64,000 nucleotides of DNA. Origin: Felis catus (Eukaryota). Every line of letters begins with the position of its first letter. Positions within the stretch are counted from its first letter, which is position 1. Positions 46,981-59,772 of this stretch are shown here, piece by piece. The position numbers were made by a program, and so were the translations under genes. The stretch is taken from contig NC_058383.1 of NCBI RefSeq assembly GCF_018350175.1, positions 1,054,001 through 1,118,000 of the forward strand, given 5' to 3'. The notes below the pieces were generated by a model. It searched no databases and was not told where the DNA came from. It saw only the letters and a program-made list of their open reading frames with translations.

Positions 46981-49900
46981 AAGGTCCGGGCATCAGGTGG
47001 TGGCAGAGGTCAGATGTTAGGCTGAAGGAGGGAGTACGTATCGCAATTTACTTGTTTAATGCTCAGTTGTGGTGACTGTTCCCGTAGGGGTGCTATTCAT
47101 GGTGTTAGACCATCAGCTCCCTGATGACAAGGACTGTGCCCTTTAACCCTTTGTAGATGGTGCTTATGCACCTCATCATGTTAGGCGGGTGGTTTCAGGT
47201 GACGAAACTAGAGAGGGATGCTCTGATGACATCGGGGCTTCAGCATAAGGCCTCTCGGGGAGGAACAGGAAGTGTCTCAGTGCAGCCTTGTGCAAAGGAA
47301 ATGTGTCTCCTTAAATTCTGAGTGTCCACATACACGGTCGCATATGGTGGCCTCATAATGAATACACTGGTGATGTGAAGTCCACTTAGGCCAATTTTCC
47401 TACTGGAGACTGTCCTAGGAGTTCTCGGAGCAAAGACCTGTGGGGGTGGGGTCGCCAACCCTGCTGTCGCTGCTGCAGATGATGGCCAGGTGGACTGCTC
47501 TGTCCTCTAACCGACATTGTCTTTAGGTCTCTGCAAAGGCTTTGGCTCCGTGAATCCGAGACTCACAGAGGGAGGTGTGATACTTTGAGTCGAAGTTGCC
47601 AACAAAAATCAAACTGTTTTGCCTTAGACATGTGAGCAGAGCATAAATATTTCATAGACACAAAGTCAGGTAGACAGAGATTTTAATTCCAGAAAGTGAT
47701 CATAAGGCAATCTATAGGAGACGTGGCTTATGATTTGCCTCACGACACATTTTATGTAAGCAAAAGCCCTGTGGAATAAAAGGTTCTCGCTCAGGTTCCC
47801 CAGAGAATGGGAGGCAGCTGAGAGGAGCAGAGACGAACTAATGTTCTCTTTTTCCCTCTCGTATTTTTGTGATGTGATGTTATCTAGCATAGGGAACCCC
47901 TTTGGTCACAGAATCTGGGTCACGTGGCTCTTGCTTACCCCCATCCTTTGATAACAAATCAGCGTAAGAGCTTCTGTTTCAATATCTTTCTAACTATTGT
48001 CAGAAATGACCTTGGAGAACCCTTTGCTCGGTGCAGTTGAGGCCCAACAGTGAGGAGTGAGTGCCGCTTGTTGGTAATTTTTGTCCATGTAAAATGTCGT
48101 ATGTGACTGGGAACACAAATGCAGAATTGAAAAAGAGAAAAGGGAGCCCTCATCGAGAATGTGGCAGAAATACTCCTTGTGAGGACATTTCAAACGTCCT
48201 GTCAGAATGATGTCTCCAGCGCCACTGCGCATCCAAGGCTATGCCTTGACTTCCTTTAACTTCCAGTATCACGTGGCACATGGGATTTGCACACGGCACC
48301 CACCCGTGGCCGTGAGATGGGTCCACGTGCTCCTCTCCCCACCGTGAGAAACCTTTGGGTCCGGTAGGTGGTCAGAGTTGGGAGCCTCTGGAAGTGACGC
48401 CGTATCCCTGGCGGACGGCACCGCCGATCGTGGGTCTCCTTGAGCGGGTGACAGGGCAGACGGGCGGGGGCGGTGTAAGGCCCGTGGGGAGCCTCGGGCG
48501 ACCACGCACGACACCGCGGCCTGGTTAGCAGTGCTTCCCAGGGCTTGCTCCTCTGTCTTCGGGAACGTTCTGCTCGGGAGAGCCAGCCGAGGGAGGCAGG
48601 TGCCTCTGAGCCGGCTTTACAGCTCTTCTGTCAGCCTACGTGATGTCAATTTACAACTTAGAAACGGAGCTGCCTTCCTGTGCTCGGGAACAAGATTTTC
48701 ATTTCTCTTGCAAGCCTGCCTGTTGCTGTATCTTCGAGCGGAGCAGCAAGGGCGGGTGCGCCCGTTACTTACTGGGAAGCAGGCTTGCATCTTCCCTCTT
48801 CCCCTCAAGTCGCCGAGGGAGACGTGGGTGCCTTGTGAGCTGTATACGTTACTTTTGTAACTACAGGTAAAAATCTCTTGATTCACAGACGTGCCACCGT
48901 GCAGGGACGTGATCACTTGTATCGACGCGTCATGCTGCCGTCTGAAATGGAGAGGAGCACGTGGCAGTTAAGGTAGGAAACAGCATTTCGTTTCGAATTT
49001 AAGTCTTTATGGAAACGTGCTGTGGACCGGCTGTGGCATGCTCGCGTCCGCCGTCTGCGCCTTTGCCTGTGCCCGGGCCATCGCTCTCTCGCGCGGCTCA
49101 GAAAGACAGCTGTCCTTTTCAGGTAGCAGTGATTATCCCCACTCCCCATCATCGGTGGCGGTTCTGCTTCAACAGTGTTGTTCTTTATTTTAAGGTTGCT
49201 CTGATCTGGTCACTGCCTCGGGGTCCTACTCTTAGGACCACGAGAACTCAGGGAAAAGAATCTAGTCCGGGATGAATTAATAACGATGCAAAGTCACCAG
49301 TTTGTTTTCAACTTTGTGTTGGTTCCTGAGTGGGTTCTGAATAAGTAATAATCATCCTGATTTCTGTGACTTGATGTTCCATTCCTGGCCAGGCCCCTTC
49401 GCTACCCCCTCGAATCGCTGCATTAAATATTAAAGCCGCCTGCGCCCTGGCAGCTCCATCCTGGAGGCGGCGACAGTGTTTTTGTGAAATGACTCCTCCT
49501 GGTTGGCTGCTAGGTTTGTTCATTATTTTAATCTATGCGTATTGGCTAGGACTGCAACATTGTCCTTTTTTCCACGAATATTAGTTTGAAATGGAGGAGG
49601 AGAGATCCGTGTCCCCCGCGGCCCAGTCCTGAGGAAAAGGAGGGCTCTGGGTCTCTGGGGGTGCCACGCCTAGTGCTGGGCGCTGACGGCGGGGGGCCTC
49701 TGGACACCCGCACCCTCCAGCCTTCACCCCAGCAGGGACGTTAGGCGGTCCCAGACGGGGGTCTGTTGAAGACCTGCTTCATACAATGTACTTTGCTGGG
49801 CACTGTCGGGAGGGCAGGGGAAGCATAAGGTTGGAGACTGGAGGCTGCTTGGAGAGTGAAGACAACGTCTGTTTGAAAACAACAACAAAAAACAGTTCAA

Positions 49901-51022
49901 CCCTAGAGCGGTGGGTCCCCAGTACAAAGAGGGTGAGAGATACGGACCAGACCCCGCAGACGTCCGCAGCACAGGGAGCAGGCCTCTGGTGCTGTGGACG
50001 AGCTGGGCCTTTGAGAGGGATGTAGCACTTTGGTGAATGTGCGAGAGAAAGGGGGGGTTGCAGTGCGGGCGTGGCATGCTGGGTGCAGACTCCCCGGCAG
50101 AGCCCAGCGATGGCCGTGGGCAGTGCTCACCACGAGGGCACGGCAGCCACGGCGAGTGTGGAGGAAAACAGCCTTCATGAGTCCGATTCGAATGAAGGGC
50201 CCGACCCTGGACGCTTTCCCCAGGGGGAGTCAGGTCTGTTTTCAGTGTTGTTCATACAGACTTTGTTCTTCTGAGACTGGGAGTCGTCCTGTGTTTCTGT
50301 TGCTGCTGGTCAGGCCGCACGGCGGGCTGAGCCTGGCTGGTGTGGCCATTGCAAAAGTGCTGTGAATGCATCTAGAGAGTTGTGCCTGGAGGGGAAGAAG
50401 AGATGGGGGAGGAGGGTGTGCTCGGAGAGGGAGGGCAGAAAGGGGCAGGTGCAGACCCCCCGGGCATCAGCCCCTGCCAGCCCCACCGAGGCCCAGGCAG
50501 CACCAGCGGCCCCCTGGAGTATTCTTTGGAAAGAGCTCCTGTGTCCTTCTCTGCCAGCAACTGAAACTATAAAAACAGATCCTAATTATAGCGATAAATT
50601 AGCAGGCCCTTCCCGACGAGCCTCCGGGTCCCAGGCAGAGGGGTGCCGACCTCCCCAGCGAGACAGCGTGACGGTCTCCTCACTCAGCTGGTCACCTCCG
50701 GCCGCTCAGCGAGCAGCTCCTGGCCAGAACGCAGCTTAGTGGTGGGGTCCATGTTCGGCTGTGAGGCACTGTTAGCGGGTGGAGTCTGCGTTAGGACCCT
50801 CCTGGGCAGCCAGTGGGGCCTGTCACCGAGGCACTGAGAGCAGCCCCAGTCTCTGCTGCGTTAGACTCAGAAGGGAGTAAGTGGTTCGCTGTTTCAGGAA
50901 AGGAGCTCCCCCCCCACCCCCAACGTGCAAAAGCCAATGGATTTAATGAGGAATTTAGAGTTCTGTACCGGCTCCAGTTTAAGCTGAGGAGGAAGTTGGG
51001 GAATCTCACATTTTGGGCTGCT

Positions 51023-51210
51023 CTTTTTTTTTTTTTTAAAGTTTATTTATTTTGAGAGAGACAGAGAGAGAGAGAGAGAGAGGTCCCAAGGAGGCTCCAC
51101 ACCGTCAGCGTGGAGCCCAGCATGGGGCTAGACCTTACGAACTTCGAGATCACAACCTGAGCTGAAACCAGGAGTCGGAGCCCAACCGACTAAGTCTCCC
51201 AGGCACCCAG
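51023..51210 (-). mobile_element. Carnivore SINE
   Basis: Poly-T, (GA)n tract and head ending ccaggcaccc. Confidence 0.88.
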
Positions 51211-52669
51211 GGTGGCTCTTCTCTTGGAGGGGGAAGTGTACCGATGGGCTGGAGCACCTCACATGGTCCAAACCCGGGCCCTGCTGGGGCTCACCGTGTG
51301 GCCGCCTTCCTTTTCTTCCCAGGTGCCCTTTCCGCTCCAGAGACGGCAGAAGACGGCTTGCCAAAAGCTTTTGAGCAGTTTGTGGCGAGCTCCAGGGATA
51401 CAGTGCTATAAACATGAGATCTGACCGGGCCGTTGATGCCCCGAGCATGGCCACGCCAGGGGGTGGTTGGACACACTCGATGCCCCTGTATCTGTCGGCC
51501 ACAGACAGTTGGATTCTCCATTGGGTCTCCCTGCAACTGAATTATTTTCTGGCCTAGGATGGTGTTTGCAGCCCAGGCAGTGAGTGCAGGGAGCTGGGAG
51601 AGGAAGATCGGGCCACTTAGGTCACATGGCCACGACAGGCTGGCTCTTCTGTCAGCCGCAAGGCCAGACCGCTTTCCTCTCCTTAGCTTGCATGTGTCGA
51701 GTTAGCTGTCTTTCCTGTGCTGACACTTAGTGCTTCCGTTGACGTGTCACATCAGTTGTCATCGACTCAGCGAGTCCGAGTGCCTCCCGTCGGCCTGCTT
51801 GGAGCACGCCTTAAGAACTCCTGTGATTGAAATCTATTCCCGTGAAGTCCAAGCAGGGACGAGGTCTGAAGGTGCAGGGCGGTGAGCGGGCACACCGGGA
51901 ACTGGAGCCGGCAGCGCTTCCACGAGATGTGAGCAGACCCAGGAAGAGGAGAGTGTGGCTCCGCAAAACAGGCAGAAACGAGGGAAATGAGTAAGGATGC
52001 CGTCGGCTGCGGCACGGATTCGAGAAGCAGCTGTAGTCTCCCTAAACCCGTGAATCTAGGCGCAAGAATCAGTCGGGAGGTAGGCCTTTATGTGCTGTGT
52101 GTACAAGTGCGTTGAAATTGAGCATCGTGCTCACAGGACCCCATTCCTTTCCATTTTACCTGATATTCTCCTTCAGGGTAAAGGTATAAAACACACTTAA
52201 GGTTCTTTACCTCCTTCCCTGCAAGAGTAATTGACAGTTACTCGACTCCCGTGGGTGTCGTAAATAAGGAGCACACCGAGAGACTCGGTTGCCGTCATTA
52301 GAAAGCACTGGCTTTAGCTGAATTGAACTAGCGTCAACTAGGAGACGGGGTGAAGAATGCAAAGGGGTGCTCTTGGCAAGATCACCCCCACCCTGTGCCC
52401 TAACTTTTGTTGCAAGGGCTGGGTTTTCTCCCAACTAAGCAAATTGGGTTTGTGTATTGACACGTGTGCACTCACGGGAGTGGGTCAGAGGCAGGTTGTC
52501 TGAGTCGGGGCGCCCTGAAGCGGGGGCCACACTGAATTCTGGAACATCTTAGTAGTGGCAAGAGAGATCGTGATGTTATCACTTGCTGCATGGTAAACAT
52601 GGGAAGCAGGCCACTTGCTGTGCGGGGGCTAAGGCATGGAAACTATGCCAACAGCATGCTGCTGCGTGG

Positions 52670-53130
52670 GTTTTGTTCTATTGTGGCAGCAAACACATGA
52701 CATAAAATCTAGTGTCTTAACCATTGTTAGGTGTGCAGTACAGTAGTGTAACTACATGCACGTTGTTGTGCAAATGATCTCTAGGGGTTTTCCATCTTGC
52801 AAAACTGAAGCTCGGTCACCATCAAACACTCACTCCGCATCCCCACCTCCAGCCCCTGGCCCCACCCTTCTACTCTCTGTGTCTATGAATTGACTCCCGG
52901 GACCTCATGTGAGTGGAATCACACAGTACTTGTCCCTCTGTGTCTGGCTTATGTCACTGAGTGTCACGTCCTCAGGGTTCATCCACCGCCTAGCAGGTAT
53001 CGGTCCTTCCTTTCTACGGCTGAAGAATATTCCATTGTGTGGAGGGACCACGTTTTGTTTATCTGCTCACTCACTGATGGACGCTTGGGTTGGCTGTTGT
53101 GAATCATGCCGCTGTGAACTTGGGTGTGAA
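52670..53130 (-). mobile_element. L1MA/MB 3' end
   Basis: ttccatcttgcaaaactgaa...tgtctatgaattgact...gagtggaatcacacagta...ggctgaagaatattccattgtgt. Confidence 0.85.
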
Positions 53131-53599
53131 AATCACAGTAGCTTGGTTTTAAAAGAAAACTCGGTTTTCTGAATAAGGACTTTCTTGACTGTTAATATTC
53201 TATTACTAACATGTGAAAGGAGCGTGCCCAGCGCTTGTACCACTAATATATTTAACATCTTCGTGGAGATAGTGCTTTCCTGGCTGTAGATAAAACAACA
53301 GCCCTGCTCCGGCCTCTCTTCTGTGAGGCTCAGGACAAGTAGGATAAACCACCCTTTAAATTTTCAGTGGCCATAAGGATGGAGACAAGCTTTGCTCCTC
53401 AGAACAGAAAAACAAGTCTTGTAGGAAAGTGATCTGATGAAATGAGGACCAGGGCTTGCCTGTTGTTGCCCTGCTCCGCATCCCCCAGGTGACCGTCCCC
53501 AGGGAAGCTGAAGGACTGAGAAGATGGCGAGAGGTCTCAGCCGAGACAGGCATGGAGCACACAGCTCTCAGTTCAACCTGGACCCTGGCTCCCGCAGTC

Positions 53600-55125
53600 C
53601 TTGGAATATCTGGGTGATCCCCTTTCCTCAGCGTGGGGTGGCCGGAGGGTGACCACTAGCGGTGGACTCCTTTGGAGAAGGCCCAGGGGCATCATGACAG
53701 CATTTGCTGTGGTTTGTGTTGTTCGTCCTCATAAAGACCCAGCTTCTCCCCCAGTCGGGGGGGCCACAGGTCCGAGACCAGATCAGGTCTGGAAAGGAAG
53801 CAAAAGACCGTGACTTCAGGCTGGGATGGCTTCCCTCAGACCGTGTCATCCATTGTTGGCTTCTCTTGGTTGTATCATGAGGTAATAGCTTCTTGGCTGC
53901 CTATTTGTCCCTTAGGAATACCGTGTTTTATCAGCCATCTTCGTGGTATGTGCAGGTCCCCCTTCCCTCTTCGGTGCTCCAGCTTTGCTGCTCTTACAAG
54001 AACTGCACCCCTCTTGCTGTTGATGATTAAGCGCCGCCGCCTATCATTCTGGGATCCTGATATCCCTGTTGCTGTAAGGGAGGCCACTCTATGACAGCAT
54101 CTGCTGTTGCCCCCTCTGGCTTACAGAGCACAGACACTGCTGAGCTCCTCATCGATGCCGGTGCCCCCAGCTTCCCAGTCCCCACTGATCTGGTAAACAG
54201 AATGTCTCCGAGCCCTTCTGTGAAGCATGGTTGGCTCGTGTCTTGTTTCCAGCCTTACTAGGTATATCCGCATTAGCGTGCCCACTTCTCTGAGACTTGA
54301 CTCCTTCCTCCACCGTTTGCCACAGTACATATGACATTTATGTTTCAATGAGTGTGTGGGTCATCACTTTTTCCAAACTTCCAAGGATCTTCTTGGGTGC
54401 AAATTAGCACTGCCTCCCAGTGCATTAAATCCTGTGTCCTGGGAAAGTGTTTCTCCATTGATAAATCCTCCCTTACCCCATCTGACATTCTGCCCCTTCG
54501 TTCAGCATATCCAGGTGGTACATCTTGGCTAGGTCATGCAGCAACTTCAGGATACAATCTCTTTCTTCCTTGGCCAGGCCCAGCTCTTTCTTGGCTGGAT
54601 TATATTGCAACTTCAACTTTCATATCAGCTGACAGCCAGGAGGGAAGGTGGGGGCTGTAGCCTTTGACAGGGTGGAGTAGGTCACTGCTGAGAGCCCAGA
54701 GCGTTCAGAAGGACCTGGGGTTCAAAGATTTTTGAGTGTATCAACCTAGTTGTTCCCAGGGTCCTAGTTGTTTCAGGGTCCCCCTCCTTCTAGTTCGGGC
54801 CCTGACCTTGGCATAGGAGATTTGCTGGGGTTGAGAATTCAGCCTTTTCCAGCGCTTTGCTATCCATATCGTTAAGTCTTGGGCCTGACTCTCAATTCCT
54901 CCTGCAAGATGTGAGGTCTGTCTGTGTGCCACCAGAAAAGCCCTGGGGATGTCCACACTTGACCTTAAGTTGGAGATTAACCAACTTTCATTATCTTCCT
55001 CCAGGGCATTGATAGCATCCAGCAACAATCACCCCGTCCTGGCGTCCTGATCCTTACAACTCGCCCACAATTCCCAAATGCACCGGCTAATGCCATGCCT
55101 TCCACCGGTAGCCCATACCAGTTTA
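53600..55125 (-). mobile_element. ERVL-class internal region (gag remnant, HERV16/ERV3-16A3-like)
   Basis: The minus-strand frame at 54741-55028 reads LLDAINALEEDN...ESQAQDLTIWIAKRWKRLNSQPQQISYAKVRA, matching the ERVL gag motif LNSQPRQVSYAKVRA. Left boundary uncertain. Confidence 0.75.
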
Positions 55126-55129
55126 CCAT

Positions 55130-56990
55130 TGTTAAGAATTTTTTTTTAATTAGTAGATTTCATCTTACAAGATGGTTTCAGGTCTACAGAAAACTTGGGA
55201 AGACAGTACATATACTCCCTTTTCTGCACAATTTTCCCTTCTGCTGCTATCTCACGTTAGTGAGATACATTTGTTACAATCAATGAACCAATATTACTAA
55301 CATTATTACTAACTGAAAGTCATAGTTAAAGTTGTCTCTTCATGTTGTTCGGTTCTAGGAGTTTTGTGAAATATGTATCATTTGTTAAATGTATCCACCA
55401 TTACATCATTCACAATAGCTTCTGCTCTAAAAGTTCCAGCGCTTCACCTCTTCTGCTTCTCTCTGAAAACCCTAGCAATCACTGATTTGTTTCACTATCT
55501 CCATAGTTTTGCCTTTTCCAGACCATCGTATGGTTGGAATCATACTGGGTGTAGCCTTTTCAAATAGCTTTTTTTCCCCACTTTTAATATGCATTTAAGG
55601 TGCCTCCATGTCTTCTAGTGGCCTAATAGCTCATTTCTTTTTAATGCTAAGTAATACTCTATTGTCTAAATGGACCACAGTTTATCAGTTCATTTATCGA
55701 AGGCCATCCAGGTTGCTTCCAAGCTTTGCAATTATGAATAAAGCTCCTGTAGACCTGTGTGCAGGTTTTTGTGTGGTACGTTGACCATGTAGCTGGGTGT
55801 GTCATGGCCGACTCACATGGTAAGGGCATTTTGTGTGGACATACATTTGCCATGTAGCTGGGTACGTACTCAGGAGTGTCATGGTAAGGTAACCTTACTC
55901 ACATGGTAAGGGCATGTTTAGCTTTACAAGAAACTGCCTGGCTATCTGGCACCAGCAGTGGGTGGGACTTCCTGTTGCTCTGTATCTGCACCAGCATTTA
56001 GTGCTGTACGTGTTCTGGATTTTTGTCATTCTGATAATTGTGTCGTGGCGTATTGTTTTTAGTTTGCAGTTTCCGAGTGACATATGATGTCGAGCCTCTT
56101 TTCCTGTGCTTACCTTCCTGTGCGTATCACCTTCTCTGGTGATGTGTCTGTTCAGATTGTTGCCCATTTTTAAATTGGGTTGTCGTTTTCTTGTTGCATT
56201 TTAAGACTTCTTTGTATATATATTTTTTTAATGTTTATTTTTGAGACAGAGAGAGACAGAGCATGAGCAGGGGAGGGGCAAAGAGAGAGGGAGACCCAGA
56301 ATCGGAAACAGGCTCCAGGCTCTGCACTGTCAGCACAGAGCCCGACGCGGGGCTCGAACTCACGAACCGTGAGATCATGACCTGAGCCGAAGTTGGACGC
56401 TTAACCGACTGAGCCACCCAGGCGCCCCAAGACTTCTTTGTATATTTTGGATGCAAGCCCTTTATCACTTATATTGTGAATATTTTCTCCCAGTCTGTTT
56501 GTCTTTTCATTCTCTTAGCATGATTTTCACAGAGCAGAAGCTTTTAATTTTCATAAAGTCCAGTTCCTCAATGTCTTTCTTCACTGATTATGGTTTGGGT
56601 GTCGTATTTAAGAATTTATCTCCCAACCCGAGGTCACCTAGATTTTCTCATATTTTCTTCTAGAAGTTTTATACTTTTGGGTTTTACAACCAGGTGGCCT
56701 TAAGTTATGAGCCAGTTTGTGTAAATTCTTGTAAAAGGTGTGAAGTCTGTGTCCAGATTCATTTTTTTGCACGTAGATATCCGATTATTCCTGTACCATA
56801 TGCTGAGAAAACTATTCTTCCATTAAACTGCCTTTGCTCCTTTGTCAGAGAGAAGTTGACTGTATTTGTGTGGTCTATTCCCGGGTTCTTTGTTCTGTAC
56901 CATTGATCTATATGTCTTTTCTTTGGCTTTTTAGCTGACACCAGGCTGCCATGGCTACTGTAGCTTTAGAGTAAGTCTTGCAGTTGGATA
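55130..56990 (-). mobile_element. L1MC-type 3' portion inserted in the ERVL, with a nested SINEC_Fc at 56222-56428
   Basis: ttacaatcaatgaaccaatatt...ctccatagttttgccttttccaga...ctgtagctttagagtaagtcttg. SINE TSD aagacttctttgtatat. Confidence 0.88.
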
Positions 56991-57159
56991 GCACTAACAG
57001 CTTTAACAGTGGTTTCGCTACATGTGCCAAGGACTATCAGAGCTCAACCTGTGACCTCCAGGGCAGGGTCCTCATCACCAGCCTCACTGCCAGCTGGCAG
57101 GTGATCCAGCTTAAAGGCCCCATATTGGAGTGATTCCTGTGATTACTCTCGATACCAAC

Positions 57160-57530
57160 TGTCATTTCCTGGGAAGGGACTCTGAGGCAGAGAGTTGCCG
57201 CAGGAGCTTAAAGAACGACACCCATAAGGGCACGAGGGAAGTAGGGTAGGGCAGAGGGTGAAGGTGAAGTGCAGTATAGTTGCAGCAGAGTGCATGCTAG
57301 TAGGAGTCTGGAGCTGGCATGTCCTTTCGTGGTAGTCCCAAGTTGAGGCAAAGGGCCTGGGCCAGAGTAGCCCTGCATCAACTAGATAGTTAGCGCAGGC
57401 TCCCTCAAGAAGTGTAACTTTGGGTGAGAAGCTTCCCCTATTCCAGGGAATCTCCCTCAGAGAGAGATACAGCTGGGGGAATGAGCGCCCATCATGCAGC
57501 ACTCCAAACGGGGCGTCCCAGTGTCCACCA
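57160..57530 (-). mobile_element. LTR16-like ERVL 5' LTR with an adjacent PBS-like sequence
   Basis: gactctgaggcagagag...gggcagagggtgaagg...tctggagctggcatgtcctttc...gttgaggcaaaggg. On the minus strand the LTR end CA is followed by gTTGGTATCGAGAGT (57145-57159). Confidence 0.7.
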
Positions 57531-58506
57531 CGCGGTCCTTTGGATTCTCAGCAGACGGGTCACTCATCGGACAAGTCTTCTCCACTTCTCCACTCCATGA
57601 AGGTTGCTGGTGGTGAACATTTGAAATTAATCTAAATTTTAAAATATTAGCCCGGCATTTAGGATAGGAGCCGTGGTTTCTCACCCAAAGAAAGAATGGG
57701 TAGGAAGGGAAAAATAGAGAAGAGTTACTTGAAGGGCTTCCTGTAGCTTAGCTGGTCTCAGGACCTCTGTAGGCAAGAGTCCCCGCTTGCCTGGTGTTCC
57801 AGTCAGGCTTGGTCATATTGTCACCAATCAAATTGTCAGGAAAAGATTAGAATGGCTTAATCAAGGAAGGACAAAGGCTAGGAGATGAACTGCCCTTCTG
57901 CCAATATTAATAGAAATAAGGATTAGAAATTAGTTGGCGGCTTAACTGATATTTTTAGAATTCCACTTGAAAGGGATAAGGATTCTAAAAACAGGAAAGT
58001 GGTAAATGCTACATAAGTCAGTAAAGGATCATAGCTAGCTTCATGTCCTTTGTAAAGAAACTATTACAAATTATGTGGGAGGATTTAGCTGTAAAATTGC
58101 TTGAAAAGCAAAATGTGATCTGAGACAGGCAGCCTAGATTTATGAGAGGGAACATGCCCAGAAGTTGTGTTGGAGATTTTAAAAGATATTATATTTATGA
58201 CAGACAATGAGAATGCTTTGTGTAGCCTGCATCTGTGAAGAATTTGATAATGCTCTACTTAAAGATTTATTCTGAAGGTAAGAAGTGGAAGAAGATGTGA
58301 AAAGAAACCCTGCATTTCCAAAGCACTGCATATTCACGCACATGCTCATTCCAGCTACATTGGTAGCAAAAGAAGAGTGTTTGTTAATGATCCCCCATGC
58401 CGTGTGTGGAGCCTGGCGCAGAGAGAGGGCTTGGCTGTCGGTTACTATGTGCATGAACAGATGGATTAATCTTGTCTCACCAGTACCTATTTAAACAGGA
58501 AGTCTA

Positions 58507-58732
58507 GGGGCGCCTGGGTGGCGCAGTCGGTTGAGCGTCCGACTTCAGCCAGGTCACGATCTCGCGGCCCATGAATTCGAGCCCCGCGTCGGGCTCTGGG
58601 CTGATGGCTCAGAGCCTGGAGCCTGTTTCCGATTCTGTGTCTCCCTCTCTCTCTGCCCCTCCCCCGTTCATGCTCTGTCTCTCTCTGTCCCAAAAATAAA
58701 TAAACGTTGAAAAAAAAAAATAAATAAATAAA
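58507..58732 (+). mobile_element. Young SINEC_Fc
   Basis: Near-consensus body; TSD taaacaggaagtcta. Confidence 0.95.
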
Positions 58733-59319
58733 TAAACAGGAAGTCTAAGCAGCGAGGAATGACTCGTATATATTGTTAAAATGACTTTCCTTACCTTTTC
58801 TTTAAACTGGAAAGAGCGAGGACTTCTTTCCATGAAGCATAACCAGTTTTGTAGAGTCCTTGTTGAAGCCTTGCCCAAGGATGAGGTCCTTTGGAGAGAC
58901 AACTGATGAATGTCTTCTGAGCAGACAGAACCACTGATGGGCAATGAAAACCTTCATCCAGGAGCATACGAAGATCCCAGCAAGCAGGGGTGAGGTAGAA
59001 GGAGGCAGCACTGTGGTTCTATGCGAGAATGGAGTCAGCCACTAGGGATCTGAGTTTTCAGGAAATATGATACTCAGCAGGTGGACGGGAGTCCCTAAGT
59101 GAGGACATTAGGGCAATGCTGCCAAGAAGACAGGTGTGATGGCAGGTCCTGTGACCTACAAATCCAGTGTTTTGTGGCTCCTATTAGGAAACAGGGGGCC
59201 CAGGAACAGATCCAGATCTCCAAATCAGTATGGTCAGGTGGCCCAGCTCTCCCAGGAGTGGAGAGTCATAGAAAAAATGAATATCACCTGAGTGAGCCGT
59301 GATTGGAAGCAAGATGAGA

Positions 59320-59630
59320 ATGTCCCCCCTCATCAGTCCCGTTTGACATCATGCTGAAAGTCCTAGCTAATGCAATAAGACAGGAAAAGGAAATAAAGTA
59401 CACGGTTTGAGAAGGAAGAAATAAAACTGTCTTTGTTTACAGATGACATGATTATAGAAAATCCCAAAGAATCAATGGAATAAACAAAGAAACAAACATC
59501 CTGGAACTAACAGCAATTATAGCAAAGTCGCAGGATGCAAGGTGAATATACAGAAGTTAATTGTTTTTCCTATATACCATCCATGAGTAATTCGAATTTG
59601 AAGTGAAAAATTCAATAACATTTACAAAGT
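59320..59630 (+). mobile_element. L1 ORF2 (reverse transcriptase) fragment
   Basis: aagtcctagctaatgcaataagacaggaaaaggaaataaa...tttacagatgacatgatt (FADD-motif region). Confidence 0.85.
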
Positions 59631-59772
59631 GAACCATGCAGCTGAACCTGCAACCCCCACCTTGAGCCTTTGCATTTGCTGTTCCCTCTACCTAGAAGGC
59701 TTTTCTCTCAGGTGTCCACATGGCCAACTCCTTCACATCCTTCAAACAGTCGTTCAAAAAGTTATCATCCTG

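Noticed and set aside
54741..55028. Domesticated gag-derived gene
   Set aside because: Short frame without an ATG start, frameshifted relative to ERVL gag and embedded in a decayed provirus.
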